A DNA stretch of 64,000 nucleotides, taken from an uncultured Acidobacteriota bacterium (GTDB lineage: Bacteria; Acidobacteriota; Thermoanaerobaculia; UBA5066). Made by a program: the position numbers and the translations under genes. Of the stretch, positions 28,186 through 39,280 are shown piece after piece. How positions within the stretch are numbered: position 1 is the stretch's first letter; each line of letters opens with the position of its first letter. Location of the stretch: positions 1,504,001 through 1,568,000 of the forward strand of contig CAVZYA010000002.1 in NCBI GenBank assembly GCA_963779415.1, given 5' to 3'. Under the pieces are notes generated by a model. It saw only the letters and a list, made by a program, of their open reading frames with translations, was not told the DNA's origin and ran no database searches.

Positions 28186-29073
28186 ATGGCCATCGAGAGA
28201 ATCGGTGTCGTGGGCGCGGGGCAGATGGGGGGCGGCATCGCCCATGTGGCCGCGCTGGCAGGGAAGAGCGTGGCCCTTTTCGACGTCTCCAGCGAGGCCG
28301 TCGCGAAGGTGCTGAAGGTCATCGAGAAGAACCTGTCGCGGCAAGTGGAGAAGGGAAAGGTCACGGCGGAGCAGGCGGCGGCGGCCCGGAGCCGGATCAC
28401 GCCGGCGTCCGACGCCTCGGCGCTGGGGCGCGGGGGTTTCGACGCCGACCTCGTCGTGGAGGCGATCGTGGAGAGCGAGGCTCACAAGCGCCCCCTCCTC
28501 GCGGCCCTCGACCGGGACCTCGGGCCGGGAGCCCTCCTGGCGTCGAACACCTCCTCGATCTCGATCACGCGCCTCGCGGCGGCGACGAAGAGACCGGAGA
28601 AGTTCATCGGGATGCACTTCATGAACCCTGTCCCGGTCATGGCGCTCGTCGAGGTGATTCGCGGCGCCGCGACCTCCGACGAGACGGCGGCGTCGGTCGT
28701 CGCCCTGGCGAGGGAGCTGGGAAAGACCCCTGTCGAGTGCCGCGACTTTCCAGGCTTCGTCGCGAACCGCGTTCTGATGCCGATGCTGAACGAGGCGATG
28801 TTCGCCGTTCACGAGGGGGTCGCGACCCCGGACGCGGTCGACACGATCATGAAGCTCGGAGCGAACCATCCGATGGGACCGCTGGCGCTCGCGGACTTCA
28901 TCGGCCTCGACACCTGCCTCTCCATCCTCCGTGTCCTCCACCACGGGCTGGGCGACGACAAGTACCGTCCCTGCCCGCTCCTCGTCCAGATGGTCGACGC
29001 GGGCTGGCTCGGCCGGAAGACCGGCCGGGGATTCCACCGCTATGCCGGGCCGGGAGGCGAGAAGCTCCCTTGA
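28186..29073 (+). CDS. hbd: 3-hydroxybutyryl-CoA dehydrogenase
   Basis: [51 protein letters not shown]. Confidence 0.93.
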   Translation: MAIERIGVVGAGQMGGGIAHVAALAGKSVALFDVSSEAVAKVLKVIEKNLSRQVEKGKVTAEQAAAARSRITPASDASALGRGGFDADLVVEAIVESEAHKRPLLAALDRDLGPGALLASNTSSISITRLAAATKRPEKFIGMHFMNPVPVMALVEVIRGAATSDETAASVVALARELGKTPVECRDFPGFVANRVLMPMLNEAMFAVHEGVATPDAVDTIMKLGANHPMGPLALADFIGLDTCLSILRVLHHGLGDDKYRPCPLLVQMVDAGWLGRKTGRGFHRYAGPGGEKLP

Positions 29074-30923
29074 TCTGCCAGGTCTGCGGCACGCTGAACG
29101 AATCCGACCGGGAGCTCTGCCGGAAGTGCCAGAGCAAGCTCCTCATCGTCTCCGGACGAGTCGAGACATACGAGGAGACGTCTTCCGAGGACGAGCCCGT
29201 CTCCCTCGACGAGCACCTTCTCGAGCGCGTCTCCGTCCTCGAGGAAGTCGTCAAGCGGAGCGCCGAGACCCTCCGGATGCTCCTGGACGCCGCGAACCGG
29301 CAGGAGAGGAGCGGATTCGTCGCGCAGACCGGCCTTCTCGCCCTCAAGGACCTTCTCGAGCGGAAGGGGCTCGTGGCCGAGGAGGAGATGGTCGACCTCT
29401 GGGAGGCACGCGTCGACCACCACATGGCGGTCCTCGAGAAGCGCGAGCGCTTTCTCGAGCGGAAGGAACGGATGGTGGGCGGCTACGCCGGAGCGCGCCG
29501 CGACCGGTTCCGCTCTCTCCTCTCCGACGCGGAGTCGGCCTTCTACGCCCTCGATCCGGAGCGGGCCGTCCGGGCGCTCGAGGAAGCGTGGAAGCTGGAC
29601 CGGAGAAACGCCGAGCTGGCCTTCTTCCTCGGCGAAACGTACTTCAACGAAGGGGAGGCGGAGCGCGCGTCGACGATGCTCCGGCAGGTTCTCGCCCGGG
29701 AGCCCGGTCATTTCGAGGCGCTCGTCTACGCCGGCGTCCTCGAGAGCGACGCCGGGCACACGGAACGGGCGCTCGACCTTCTCAAGACGGCGACCTCCGT
29801 CCGGCCCGACGCGTTCCTCCCCTATTTCGTCATCGGCGCTCTTTACGCCCTGAAGGGCCAGCTCGCGAAGGCGGAAGCGCACCTCAAGCAGGCTCTCGCC
29901 ATCGAGGAGAACGCGCAGACCTATTCCCTGCTCGGGGCCGTCGCCTACGAGCGCGGGCGACTCGCCGATTCCGTCGCCTCCCTCGAGAAAGCCGTCCGCC
30001 TCGACCCCGAGGACGAGGAGGCGCTCTACCACCTCGGCCTCTGTTATCTCGACCGGGGCTGGACGCAGAAGGCGGCCGAGCGTTTCCAGGCCGCGCTGGA
30101 GCTGAACCCGAACCGGATCGAGTATCAGGAAGCGACGAAGCTCCTCCTCCCCTCTGGCTCCCGCGCGCTCCCGAAGGTGACGGGGGAGGCCGCGCGCCTC
30201 GCGCGGCGGGCCGAGGCGGTCGCGCGCCGGAACCCCCAGAAGGCGCTCGCTCTCTATCGCCGTGCCCTCGTGGCCGACCCCGAGAATCCGACACTCCTGA
30301 TCTCTCTCGCCCTTCTCTGCTCCGCGACCGGCCGGATGGCCGAGGCCGTCGCCACGACACGGCGGATCCTCTCCCGGCAGCCCGGGGAGATGGTGGCCGC
30401 GGCCGCGTACGCCACGCAGCTCGAGGCGCTCAAGGCCGAGGGAAAGTACCGCGAGGGAAGCCGCGTGGCCGAGGAGATGCTCGGCGCCGTCCGGTCGAAC
30501 TACGCCCGCTCCATCGCCTACTTCCAGCGCGCGACCGCCCTGGCCGAGACGGGCGAGGATCTCGACGCCGCCCTCGAGTTCGCCGACCTCGCGCTCAAGC
30601 TCTCCCCGAAGGAGATGCGTCACTTTCCCCTCGCGGCGAAAGGCTGGGTCCACTACAAGAGGCGGGAGTTCGACCGGGCGGTGGAGTGCCTTCGGCGCGC
30701 GACCGAGCTGGGGGAGACGCCGTCCGGCCTGACGCACCTCGGGCTCGCCTGCCTCGCGGCGGGGGACGCGCGGGCCGCCCGCCAGGCCTTCGGTCGGGCC
30801 CGGCGGAGGGGGGTCCGGTCCGCAGGGCGCGGGGGGCTCGAGGAGAAGATGCTCGAGCAGCTCCGGCGCCACCTTCAGCTGACCGAGAAGCTGGCGAACC
30901 GCCGGCGCCCCTCGATCCGCTGA
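29070..30923 (+). CDS. Zinc-ribbon plus multi-TPR protein
   Basis: CQVC...CRKC N-terminus, coiled region, more than 10 TPR-like units; TTGA overlap with hbd. Confidence 0.8.
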   Translation: MICQVCGTLNESDRELCRKCQSKLLIVSGRVETYEETSSEDEPVSLDEHLLERVSVLEEVVKRSAETLRMLLDAANRQERSGFVAQTGLLALKDLLERKGLVAEEEMVDLWEARVDHHMAVLEKRERFLERKERMVGGYAGARRDRFRSLLSDAESAFYALDPERAVRALEEAWKLDRRNAELAFFLGETYFNEGEAERASTMLRQVLAREPGHFEALVYAGVLESDAGHTERALDLLKTATSVRPDAFLPYFVIGALYALKGQLAKAEAHLKQALAIEENAQTYSLLGAVAYERGRLADSVASLEKAVRLDPEDEEALYHLGLCYLDRGWTQKAAERFQAALELNPNRIEYQEATKLLLPSGSRALPKVTGEAARLARRAEAVARRNPQKALALYRRALVADPENPTLLISLALLCSATGRMAEAVATTRRILSRQPGEMVAAAAYATQLEALKAEGKYREGSRVAEEMLGAVRSNYARSIAYFQRATALAETGEDLDAALEFADLALKLSPKEMRHFPLAAKGWVHYKRREFDRAVECLRRATELGETPSGLTHLGLACLAAGDARAARQAFGRARRRGVRSAGRGGLEEKMLEQLRRHLQLTEKLANRRRPSIR

Positions 30924-30983
30924 CGGAAGCGGGCCCGAAGGCCGGTCGGTGGGCGGCGGGTCGTCCCCGCTTTCCTGGCCGCT

Positions 30984-31385
30984 TCAGAACATCCCGACCG
31001 GGCGGGAGGCGTCGTACCGCTCGGCGCGCCCGGGGTCGACCCAGACCGTCTCCGGAGAGCCGGGCGGGATCTGGATCTCCCAGTCCCCCTTCGCGTTCCG
31101 GACCTCGGATCCGAAGAGCTTCCGCCGCTTCGTTTCCGTGAAGAGCTCCCAGAAGACGGTCCCGAAATCGATCCGAGGCGGCCGGAGAACCCACGCGGGG
31201 AGCCGCACGCCGACTTCGATCGCGACGTCGGCGACGAGTGACGGGACGAATCCGCACGCGGCGAGGCGCTCGCGCAGGAGCGGGAAGACCTCCGGCGGCA
31301 GGTCGTGCCTGCCACGCTTCACGCCACGTCCGAGGATGAGATCGTCCAGGGCCTCGACGTCGAGCGGCACGGGAACCTTCAGCAC
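30984..31385 (-). CDS. Hypothetical protein (133 aa)
   Basis: Globular-looking composition with aromatic residues, GTG start overlapping the aminotransferase stop; fills the gap between genes. Confidence 0.6.
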   Translation of the reverse strand: MLKVPVPLDVEALDDLILGRGVKRGRHDLPPEVFPLLRERLAACGFVPSLVADVAIEVGVRLPAWVLRPPRIDFGTVFWELFTETKRRKLFGSEVRNAKGDWEIQIPPGSPETVWVDPGRAERYDASRPVGMF

Positions 31386-32680
31386 CCGGCCGCGCGGAGG
31401 ACCGCCTCGAGACGGGGGAGGACGCGGGCAATATCCTCCGGCGAGACGGCACCCACCGAAAGCCGGAACCACCCCGTCTCCTCCTTGAGTCCGAACGCCT
31501 GGAAGGGGACGGCCGCGAAGCCGGCCTCGTCGAGGAGGATCCTCCGGATCTGCTCGTTCGTCCTTATCGGCTCGCCCTTCCAGCTCCGCCCGACGAGCGG
31601 CAGGCGCGCCGAGAGGTAGATGGCCCCCTGCGGCTCGATGGCGTCGACCGGGAGGCCGCGTCCCTTCATCTCCATCAGGCCGTCGAAGAGGAGGTCGAGA
31701 CGCCGCTTGAGTTTCTCCTTCATCGCTGCCTGCCAGGGCCGGTAAACCTCGGGAGACCTGAGGAGGGCGGCGGTTGCGATCTGCTCGGCGCGGGGAGCCC
31801 ACGCGCCGACGTGGCCGATGAGGTCGGCGGACCGCCGGCGAAGCGCGGGCGGCATCAGCCCCCAGCCGACCCGGAGGCCGGTCGCCGCGAACGACTTCGA
31901 AATGGCGTCGAGGAGGATCGTGTAGGGAGCGATCTCGGGGGCCAGCTCCACCGGCGTCGTGTGGACCGCGCCGTGGAACGTCAGCATCCCGTAGACCTGG
32001 TCGAAGACGAGGAAGAGGGCGCGCCGGCCGGACGCCTGGCGGCGGATGTTCTCCCCGACGACGAGCGCCGCGATCTCGGCGAGGGCGTCGCGGGAGATCA
32101 CCGTCCCCGTGGGATTGAGCGGCGAGTTGATCAGGAGAAGGCGGGCGGTCGCGAGGTGCGGGTGGATCTGGGCGGCGGTCGGAAAGAAGTTCGACGTCTC
32201 GTGGACGGTCAGCTCGACGGCGCGCGCCCCCGAAAGGTGAGCGTAGTGGTTGTTGTTCCACGACGGGACGGAGTAGAGGACGACGTCCCCGGGGTCCACG
32301 GTCGCCCGGAAGGCGGCGTAGAGGAGCGGGCGTGCCCCCGACGCCACGAGGACGCCGTCGACGGGATACCGGAACCCGTGCTCCCGCGCGACGAAGCCGA
32401 CGACGGCCTCCCGCAGCACGGCGAGGCCGTCCGAGGGGGGATAGTTCGTCTCGCCGCGCGCGAGCGCCTCGCGTGTGCCGTCGCGGAGGAGATCCGGGAT
32501 CGGGAACTGCGCCGGGTCGAAGTCGCCGACGGTCAGGTTGCAGATCGGAACTCCGGAGGCGATCAGGGCGCGCGCCTCGGCCGCCATCCGGAGGATCTCG
32601 GAGCCGACGAGGCCGCAGACGACGGACGAGAGCGAAGCGTCGGTGCTCTCTTCGGGCCCGAAGTCGGGGACGATCTCCAT
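31379..32680 (-). CDS. PLP-dependent aminotransferase class I/II
   Basis: NSPLNPTG, DQVY, ISKSFAATGLRVGW, FRLSVG. Confidence 0.9.
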   Translation of the reverse strand: MEIVPDFGPEESTDASLSSVVCGLVGSEILRMAAEARALIASGVPICNLTVGDFDPAQFPIPDLLRDGTREALARGETNYPPSDGLAVLREAVVGFVAREHGFRYPVDGVLVASGARPLLYAAFRATVDPGDVVLYSVPSWNNNHYAHLSGARAVELTVHETSNFFPTAAQIHPHLATARLLLINSPLNPTGTVISRDALAEIAALVVGENIRRQASGRRALFLVFDQVYGMLTFHGAVHTTPVELAPEIAPYTILLDAISKSFAATGLRVGWGLMPPALRRRSADLIGHVGAWAPRAEQIATAALLRSPEVYRPWQAAMKEKLKRRLDLLFDGLMEMKGRGLPVDAIEPQGAIYLSARLPLVGRSWKGEPIRTNEQIRRILLDEAGFAAVPFQAFGLKEETGWFRLSVGAVSPEDIARVLPRLEAVLRAAGC

Positions 32681-32729
32681 GGCGGCGGAGACTATAGAAG
32701 AAATTACCTCCTGCTATCCTCGCGGCCCT

Positions 32730-34508
32730 ATGCGCTGGTCGAACTACTTCCTCTCCACCCTCCGCGAGGTTCCCGGCGACGCCGAGGTCGTCTCTCACCA
32801 GCTCCTCTCCCGCGCCGGGATGATTCAGAAGCTCGCGGCCGGCATCTATTCGTTCACGCCGCTCGGCTTCCGGTCGCTCCGGAAGATGATCGAGATCGTC
32901 CGGGAGGAGATGGACCGCTCCGGAGCCCTCGAGGTCGATCTCCCGATCTGCCAGCCGAAGGAGATCTGGGTGGAGTCGGGGCGCTGGGACCGCTACATCA
33001 CCGAGGGGATCCTCTTCCACCTCGAGGACCGCAAGGGCGGCGAGTTCGCGCTCGCGCCGACGGCCGAGGAGGCCGTGACGGACATGGTCCGGCGGTCGGT
33101 CACCTCGTGGCGGCAGCTTCCGTTCAACCTCTACCAGATCCGGACGAAGTTCCGGGACGAGATCCGGCCCCGCTTCGGCCTCCTTCGCGGCCGCGAGTTC
33201 CTGATGAAGGACGCCTACTCCTTCGATCTCGACGCGAAGGGGCTCGACGTCCACTACCGGAAGATGGACGCGGCGTACCGCCGGATCTTCGACCGGTGCG
33301 GCCTCGAGTTCGCGGTCGTCCAGGCCGACTCGGGCGCCATCGGCGGGTCGGCCTCCGAGGAGTTCATGGTCGTCGCCGACACGGGGGAGGACGCGCTCGT
33401 CTTCTCCGAGGAGGGCGACTACGGCGCGAACATCGAGAAGGCCGAGACGGATCCGCTCCCGGAGCCGTGGGCGGGAGAGGAAGCGAGACCGTTTGGCCAG
33501 GCCAACGCGCCTACGCCCGGAATCACGACGTGCGAGGGGCAGGCGACTCACCTCAAGACGAGCGTTTCGCGGATCGTCAAGACGATGATCTTCGAATGGG
33601 TCAGAGGGGACGGCGAGGCGGGGGTCGCGGCGGTGCTGATTCGCGGCGATCTCGACATTAAGGAGGTGAAGCTGCCAAAGGCCCTCGGCGTCAGCCACGC
33701 GAAGCTCGTGTCCGAGGAGAAGCTCCTCAGCATCGCTGGAACCCGACCGGGGTTCGTGGGCCCCATCGGTCTCTCACCCTTCGAAGAAAGACCGGTTCGC
33801 CTCTGGGTGGACCGTTCCCTGGAGAACGCCGTCAACGTCTGGTGTGGAGCCAATCGCGAAGGGCTCCATCACTCGAACGTCTCGATCGCCCGCGACGTCA
33901 GGACGCTGCCCGGCTTCGCGGGAGTCGTGGAAGTCGCCACGGCTCGCGACGGGGACCCGTCTCCGACCGGGAAAGGCGTCCTCCGGGTCAAGCGCGGCAT
34001 CGAGGTCGGCCACATCTTCAAGCTCGGGACGAAGTATTCCGTCGCCATGAAGTGCGAGGTCGCCGACCAGGGCCAGAAGAAGGTCCCGATCGAGATGGGG
34101 TGCTACGGCCTCGGAGTCGGACGGACGGTGGCGGCCGCGATCGAGCAGCACCACGACGACGACGGGATCCTCTGGCCCGTTCCGCTGGCGCCGTTCGGCT
34201 GCGTCGTCGTTTCGCTCCAGAGGGACGCGCCGGTGATCGAGGCGGCCGACCGTCTCTACGACGCGCTGAAGGCCGCGGGCGTCGAGGTCTTCTACGACGA
34301 CCGCGACGAACGGCCCGGCGTGAAGTTCAAGGACGCCGACCTGATCGGCTTTCCCCTCCGCGTCGTCGTGGGAGCCAAGGCGCTCGCGAAAGGGGTCGTC
34401 GAGCTCTCCACGCGCCGCGAGAAGTCGAAGCACGAGATCCCGCCGGATCGGGTCGTCGACGTCGTGCAGAAGACCCTCGCGTCCGGGGCCAGGAGTCTGG
34501 CGATCTGA
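32730..34508 (+). CDS. proS: Proline--tRNA ligase (bacterial type with INS editing domain)
   Basis: SHQLLSRAG, LAPTAEE, FRDEIRPRFGLLRGREFLMKDAYSF, IEVGHIFKLGTKYS, MGCYGLGVGR. Confidence 0.97.
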   Translation: MRWSNYFLSTLREVPGDAEVVSHQLLSRAGMIQKLAAGIYSFTPLGFRSLRKMIEIVREEMDRSGALEVDLPICQPKEIWVESGRWDRYITEGILFHLEDRKGGEFALAPTAEEAVTDMVRRSVTSWRQLPFNLYQIRTKFRDEIRPRFGLLRGREFLMKDAYSFDLDAKGLDVHYRKMDAAYRRIFDRCGLEFAVVQADSGAIGGSASEEFMVVADTGEDALVFSEEGDYGANIEKAETDPLPEPWAGEEARPFGQANAPTPGITTCEGQATHLKTSVSRIVKTMIFEWVRGDGEAGVAAVLIRGDLDIKEVKLPKALGVSHAKLVSEEKLLSIAGTRPGFVGPIGLSPFEERPVRLWVDRSLENAVNVWCGANREGLHHSNVSIARDVRTLPGFAGVVEVATARDGDPSPTGKGVLRVKRGIEVGHIFKLGTKYSVAMKCEVADQGQKKVPIEMGCYGLGVGRTVAAAIEQHHDDDGILWPVPLAPFGCVVVSLQRDAPVIEAADRLYDALKAAGVEVFYDDRDERPGVKFKDADLIGFPLRVVVGAKALAKGVVELSTRREKSKHEIPPDRVVDVVQKTLASGARSLAI

Positions 34509-34618
34509 ATGGCTCCCGGCCGCTGCCGGACGCGCGCTTCGAGGCGGGTTCTAATGCATTCGTACTCTTGAGGTTCGGGTATCCCGCGTATCTAGAATGA
34601 GGTGCAGAAGGGAGACAG

Positions 34619-36874
34619 ATGAGCATCACCAAGCAGGACGCCCTCGACTACCACTCGATGGGGCGAAAAGGAAAGCTGGAGGTCATACCGTCCAAGCCGT
34701 GCGCGACCCAGCGGGACCTCTCGCTCGCCTACACGCCCGGTGTGGCGGAGCCGTGCCTCGAGATCGCGAAGGACCCGGAGCTGGCGTACGAATACACGGG
34801 AAAGGGGAACCTCGTGGCGGTCGTCTCGAACGGCACGGCCGTCCTCGGCCTCGGGGACATCGGCGCGCAGGCGGGCAAGCCGGTCATGGAAGGGAAGGGA
34901 GTCCTCTTCAAGAGATTCGCCGACGTCGACGTCTTCGACATCGAGCTCGAAGAGCATGACCCCGACATGCTCATCGAGGTCGTGGCCCGGCTCGAGCCGA
35001 CCTTCGGCGGGATCAACCTCGAGGACATCAAGGCGCCAGAGTGCTTCTACATCGAGGAGAAGCTGAAGGCCCGGATGAAGATCCCCGTCTTCCACGACGA
35101 CCAGCACGGCACGGCGATCATCTCGGCCGCCGCCTTCCTGAACGCCCTCGAGATCACGAACCGGAAGATCGAGAACGTGAAGGTCGTCTTCTCCGGCGCC
35201 GGCGCCGCTGCCATCGCCTGCGCGAACCTCTACGTCACGTACGGCGTCCGACTCGAGAACATCCTCATGGTCGACCGGACCGGCGTCATCTATACGGGCC
35301 GGACCGAGAACATGAACCCCTACAAGGCGAAGTTCGCACGCGACACGAAGAAGCGGACGATCGACGAGGCGCTCGACGGAGCCGACGCCTTCATCGGCGT
35401 CTCCGCGGCGAAGCTCATCACGGGCGACATGATCAGGAAGATGAGGAAGAATCCGATCGTCTTCGCGATGGCGAACCCCGTGCCGGAGATCCTCCCCGAG
35501 GAGGCGCACGCGGCGCGGCCGGACGTCATCATGGCGACCGGCCGGTCCGATTACCCGAACCAGGTCAACAACGTCCTCGGCTTCCCCTTCATCTTCCGGG
35601 GCGCGCTCGACTGCCGCGCCACGCAGATCAACGAGGCGATGAAGCTGGCCGCCTCGAAGGCGCTCGCCTCCCTCGCGAAGGAGGACGTGCCCGACTCCGT
35701 CGCGCGGGCGTACGGCGTGGAAAGCTTCAAGTTCGGGAAGGAGTACCTCATCCCGAAGCCGTTCGACTGGCGTGTCCTGATGTGGGTCGCCCCGGCGGTC
35801 GCGGAGGCGGCGGCGCAGACGGGCGTCGCGAAGAGGCCGATCAAGGACCTCGAAGCTTACCGGACGAAGCTGGAGGGGATGCTCTCCCGCGCCCGCTCCT
35901 TCATGCAGATCATCCACGAAAAGGCGAAGTCGAACCCCAAGCGGGTCGTGATGGCCGAAGGCGACAACCCGAAGATCCAGCGTGCCGCCAAGATCCTCGC
36001 CGAGGAGGGAATCGCCCACCCGATCCTCCTGTCGCGCGACAAGAAGGCCGAGGAAGCCCTCCGGAACCTCGAGGTGAGCGCCCACGTGGAGGTCGTCGAC
36101 CCGGAAGAGCACCCGAAGTTCGAGAAGTACGTCGACGCGTTCTGGGAGAAGCGGAAGCGCCAGGGGGTGACGAAGGAGGACGCGTATCACATGTTGCGCG
36201 TCCGGAATTTCTTCGCCGGGATGATGGTGGCCGAGGGGGACGCCGACGTGGCGCTCTCGGGCCTGACGACGTACTACCCCGAGACGATCCGGCCGGCCCT
36301 TCTGACGATCGGCGTGGCGCCGGGGACGAAGAAAGTCTCGGGGCTCTACATTCTCGTCCTTCAGGACCGCGTCTTCTTCTTCGCCGACACCACCGTCAAC
36401 ATCAACCCGTCGGCCGAAGACCTCGCGGAGATCGCCATCCAGTCGGCCGAGACGGCGAAGCTCTTCAACATCACCCCCCGCGTCGCGATGATCGCCTTCT
36501 CCAACTTCGGCTCCACGCGTTCGCCGGAGACCGACAAGGTGCGCGAGGCGGTGAGGATCGTCCACCAGCGGCGGCCGGACATCGAGTGCGACGGCGAGAT
36601 GCAGGCCGACACGGCCGTCCTCCCCGACTTCCTGAAGAACGAATACCCCTGGGCGGCCCTCAAGGGCCCCCCGAACGTCCTCGTCTTCCCGGAGCTGCAG
36701 AGCGCCAACGCCGCCTACAAGCTGGTCTGGCGGCTCGCGAAGGCCGAGGCGATCGGACCGATCCTGATGGGGATGGGGAAGCCCGTCCACGTCCTCCAGC
36801 GCGGCGTCGAGGTGGCCGACATCGTCAACATGGCGGCCTTCGGCGTCGTGGACGCGCAGTCCCGGAAGAAGTAG
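34619..36874 (+). CDS. maeB: NADP-dependent malic enzyme with C-terminal PTA-like domain
   Basis: [52 protein letters not shown]. Confidence 0.96.
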   Translation: MSITKQDALDYHSMGRKGKLEVIPSKPCATQRDLSLAYTPGVAEPCLEIAKDPELAYEYTGKGNLVAVVSNGTAVLGLGDIGAQAGKPVMEGKGVLFKRFADVDVFDIELEEHDPDMLIEVVARLEPTFGGINLEDIKAPECFYIEEKLKARMKIPVFHDDQHGTAIISAAAFLNALEITNRKIENVKVVFSGAGAAAIACANLYVTYGVRLENILMVDRTGVIYTGRTENMNPYKAKFARDTKKRTIDEALDGADAFIGVSAAKLITGDMIRKMRKNPIVFAMANPVPEILPEEAHAARPDVIMATGRSDYPNQVNNVLGFPFIFRGALDCRATQINEAMKLAASKALASLAKEDVPDSVARAYGVESFKFGKEYLIPKPFDWRVLMWVAPAVAEAAAQTGVAKRPIKDLEAYRTKLEGMLSRARSFMQIIHEKAKSNPKRVVMAEGDNPKIQRAAKILAEEGIAHPILLSRDKKAEEALRNLEVSAHVEVVDPEEHPKFEKYVDAFWEKRKRQGVTKEDAYHMLRVRNFFAGMMVAEGDADVALSGLTTYYPETIRPALLTIGVAPGTKKVSGLYILVLQDRVFFFADTTVNINPSAEDLAEIAIQSAETAKLFNITPRVAMIAFSNFGSTRSPETDKVREAVRIVHQRRPDIECDGEMQADTAVLPDFLKNEYPWAALKGPPNVLVFPELQSANAAYKLVWRLAKAEAIGPILMGMGKPVHVLQRGVEVADIVNMAAFGVVDAQSRKK

Positions 36875-36905
36875 ACGCCGGCCTTCCGTCCGTTACGATG
36901 GGCCC

Positions 36906-38129
36906 GTGGGTCTTCCCGCGGGCCTCTTTCTTTTCCTCTCGGCGGCGGCGCTTCCGCCGCTCTTCGACGCGCTCGGACGCCTGCGGCGGGCCGAGGCGTT
37001 TCGGCCGCGAGAAGTCCCCGGACGAAGGCCGGAACGCATCCTCGCGCTCGTCCCGGCGCGGGCCGAAGGGGACCGGATGATTCCTCTCTGCCGGGATCTC
37101 GCGCGCGAGGCGGCGGCCGCCGCGGTCCACGTCGAGACGCTCGTAATCCTCGACGGGGCGGACCCGGCCGCCGAGGCGGCTCTCGGGGCCGAGTCGGTCC
37201 CCTTCTCGTGAAGAGCCCGGCGAGGCCCCTCGAAAGGGGAGGCGCTCGCCTTCGCCGCGAGCGTTCTCGCCGCCCGGACGCCGGACCCCGTTTCGGAAGC
37301 GTCCTTCGTCATGGTCTTCGACGCCGACATGCGGCTCGAAGAAGGATTCTTCTCCCGGCTCGCCGTCCCGGAGGGAACGGAGGCGTTCCAGCTCCCGGTC
37401 CGTCCGGCCGGGATCCCGGCCTCCGGTCCCGCTCGCGTCGAAGCGTTCTCCCTTGCGGCGGCAACGCGCGTCGAGGATCTCGCACGGGACGGTGAGGGGC
37501 TCCCCGTCCGCCTTCGCGGCAAGGCGATGGGCTTCTCCCCGCGGGCATGGCGCGAAGGGCCCGCGGCGGCACGAAGGACGACGGCGGAAGACTCGGAGGC
37601 GACGCTCCGGCTCCTCGCGAGCGGCTTCCGTATCCGCGCTCTTCCGGCGCCGCTCGCCTTCGACGAGGCCGCGGGTGACGCCGGTACCCTCGCGCGTCCG
37701 CGCGCCCGGTGGTTCGGGGGGCACCTGAAGCTTCTCGTGAGCGGCGCGGCCGATCTCGTCCGGATCGCCCTCCGGAGCCCGCGGTCGGCATTCGTCCTCG
37801 GGGCGGACCTCTGGCTCCGGCCGCGGGCGCTCGTCCTCGGCTTCCTCTCGCTCATGGCGCTCTTCTCCGACATCGCGCTCGTCGTCCTCGCGCTCCGCGG
37901 GGAGACGGCGTCGCTCGTGCCGCCGCTTCTCGCCTCGGCCCTCTCGAAGGCCGCCCTCGTCCTCGAGGTCCGCGCGTCGGGCGCGGCGCGGGAGGTCCTC
38001 GGAACTCCCCCGGAGGTGCCGCACGTCTCCGCGCGCGATCTGGCCGCTTTCGCCGGAGTCTGGCTGCGAGCGCTGGGGGGCGCCCTGCGATCGCCCGGCG
38101 GCTGGCACCGGGCGAGGCGGGAAGCGTGA
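36906..38129 (+). CDS. Glycosyltransferase family 2, interrupted by in-frame TGA at 37209
   Basis: LVPARAEG, KGEAL, VFDAD, AED, RARW motifs are split over two same-frame ORFs; a compensating indel pair would restore FLVKSPAGPSKG. Confidence 0.7.
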
Positions 38130-39280
38130 AGGTGCTTCTCGTCGTTCCACGACTCCCGGGGACGGGGCACACCGGGGACCGCCTTCGCGCGGAGATTCAC
38201 CTGACGGCGCTCCGCGAGGCCGGCTTTCGGGTGACGGTTGCCGGCGGGGCTTCTCTTGACAGGGCGGCAGACGTGCCGGAAGCGGAGCGGACGATCCGCG
38301 TGGCGCAGCCGTTTCTCGCGAAGGCGGTGGGCCTCGTCCGGATGCTCGTCTCGGGCGCGCCGCTCCAATCGGCTCTCTTTTCCGGACCGTGGCGGGAGCC
38401 GCTCGCGTCCGGAGGACCGTTCGATCTCGTCGTCCTTCTCCTGCCGCAGCGCCTCTTTCCTCACCTTTCCGGCGCCCTCCCGGCAGGGCCCCTCGTCGTC
38501 GATTACGTCGACGCGCTCGGAGCGGCCGCGCGGCAGGCGGGCGAGCGGGATCCGGCCCTCTGGCGCCGTCTCTACTGGCGGTTCGAGGCGCCGAGGCTCG
38601 CACGGGTCGAAGCGGCCGCGGCCCTTCCGGCACGCGTCCTCGTCGCGACCACCTCCTTCGACGCGGGAGAGCTTCCGGCCGGGACGACCGTCGTCGCGAA
38701 CGGAGTCGCCATCGGCCCGGCGCCGGCGGGCGCGCGGGGGCCCGTCGTGGCCTTCACCGGCCGGCTGCGGTACCGTCCGAACGAACTGGCCGTGAGACAG
38801 CTCGTCCGGGAGATCTGGCCGCGGGTGAGGCGCGAGGCGCCGGAGGCTCGTCTCCTCCTCGGCGGGGCCGAGGCTCCGCGCGAGCTCTTCGGCTTCCACG
38901 GCGAGGGAGGGATCGACGTCACGAGTCCTGTCGAGGAGATGGCGACCTTCCTGCGCGGGGCGCGCGTCGCCGCGGTTCCCGTCTCGCTGGGGACCGGGAC
39001 GCCGAACAAGATCTTCGAGGCATTCGAAGCGGGATGCGCCGTCGTCGCGACGCCGGAAGCGGTCGCGCGTGCCACCTCGGACGGCATTCCGCCCCCCGCC
39101 CGTGTCGCTGCGACGCCGGAGGAGTTCGCCTCGGCTCTTCTGGGGTACCTGCGCGACGCCCGGAAGGCTGCGGAGGACGGGAGCCGCGGGCGCGCGTGGG
39201 TCGAGGCGCACGCGGACCGGCGACGGGCCGTCGCCGCGCTGGTCGCGGCCTACGGCCGGGCGGCGGGGGGGAGCGCATGA
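38126..39280 (+). CDS. Glycosyltransferase family 4 (GT-B)
   Basis: VVANGV, FTGRLRYRPN, EIWPRV, GTGTPNKIFEAFEAGCAVVAT. Confidence 0.85.
   Translation: MKVLLVVPRLPGTGHTGDRLRAEIHLTALREAGFRVTVAGGASLDRAADVPEAERTIRVAQPFLAKAVGLVRMLVSGAPLQSALFSGPWREPLASGGPFDLVVLLLPQRLFPHLSGALPAGPLVVDYVDALGAAARQAGERDPALWRRLYWRFEAPRLARVEAAAALPARVLVATTSFDAGELPAGTTVVANGVAIGPAPAGARGPVVAFTGRLRYRPNELAVRQLVREIWPRVRREAPEARLLLGGAEAPRELFGFHGEGGIDVTSPVEEMATFLRGARVAAVPVSLGTGTPNKIFEAFEAGCAVVATPEAVARATSDGIPPPARVAATPEEFASALLGYLRDARKAAEDGSRGRAWVEAHADRRRAVAALVAAYGRAAGGSA

Noticed and set aside
37209-37211. In-frame TGA in GT2 as selenocysteine or readthrough
   Set aside because: No Cys-type catalytic context; a compensating indel pair restores a natural FLVKSPAGPSKG and other indels are common in this window.
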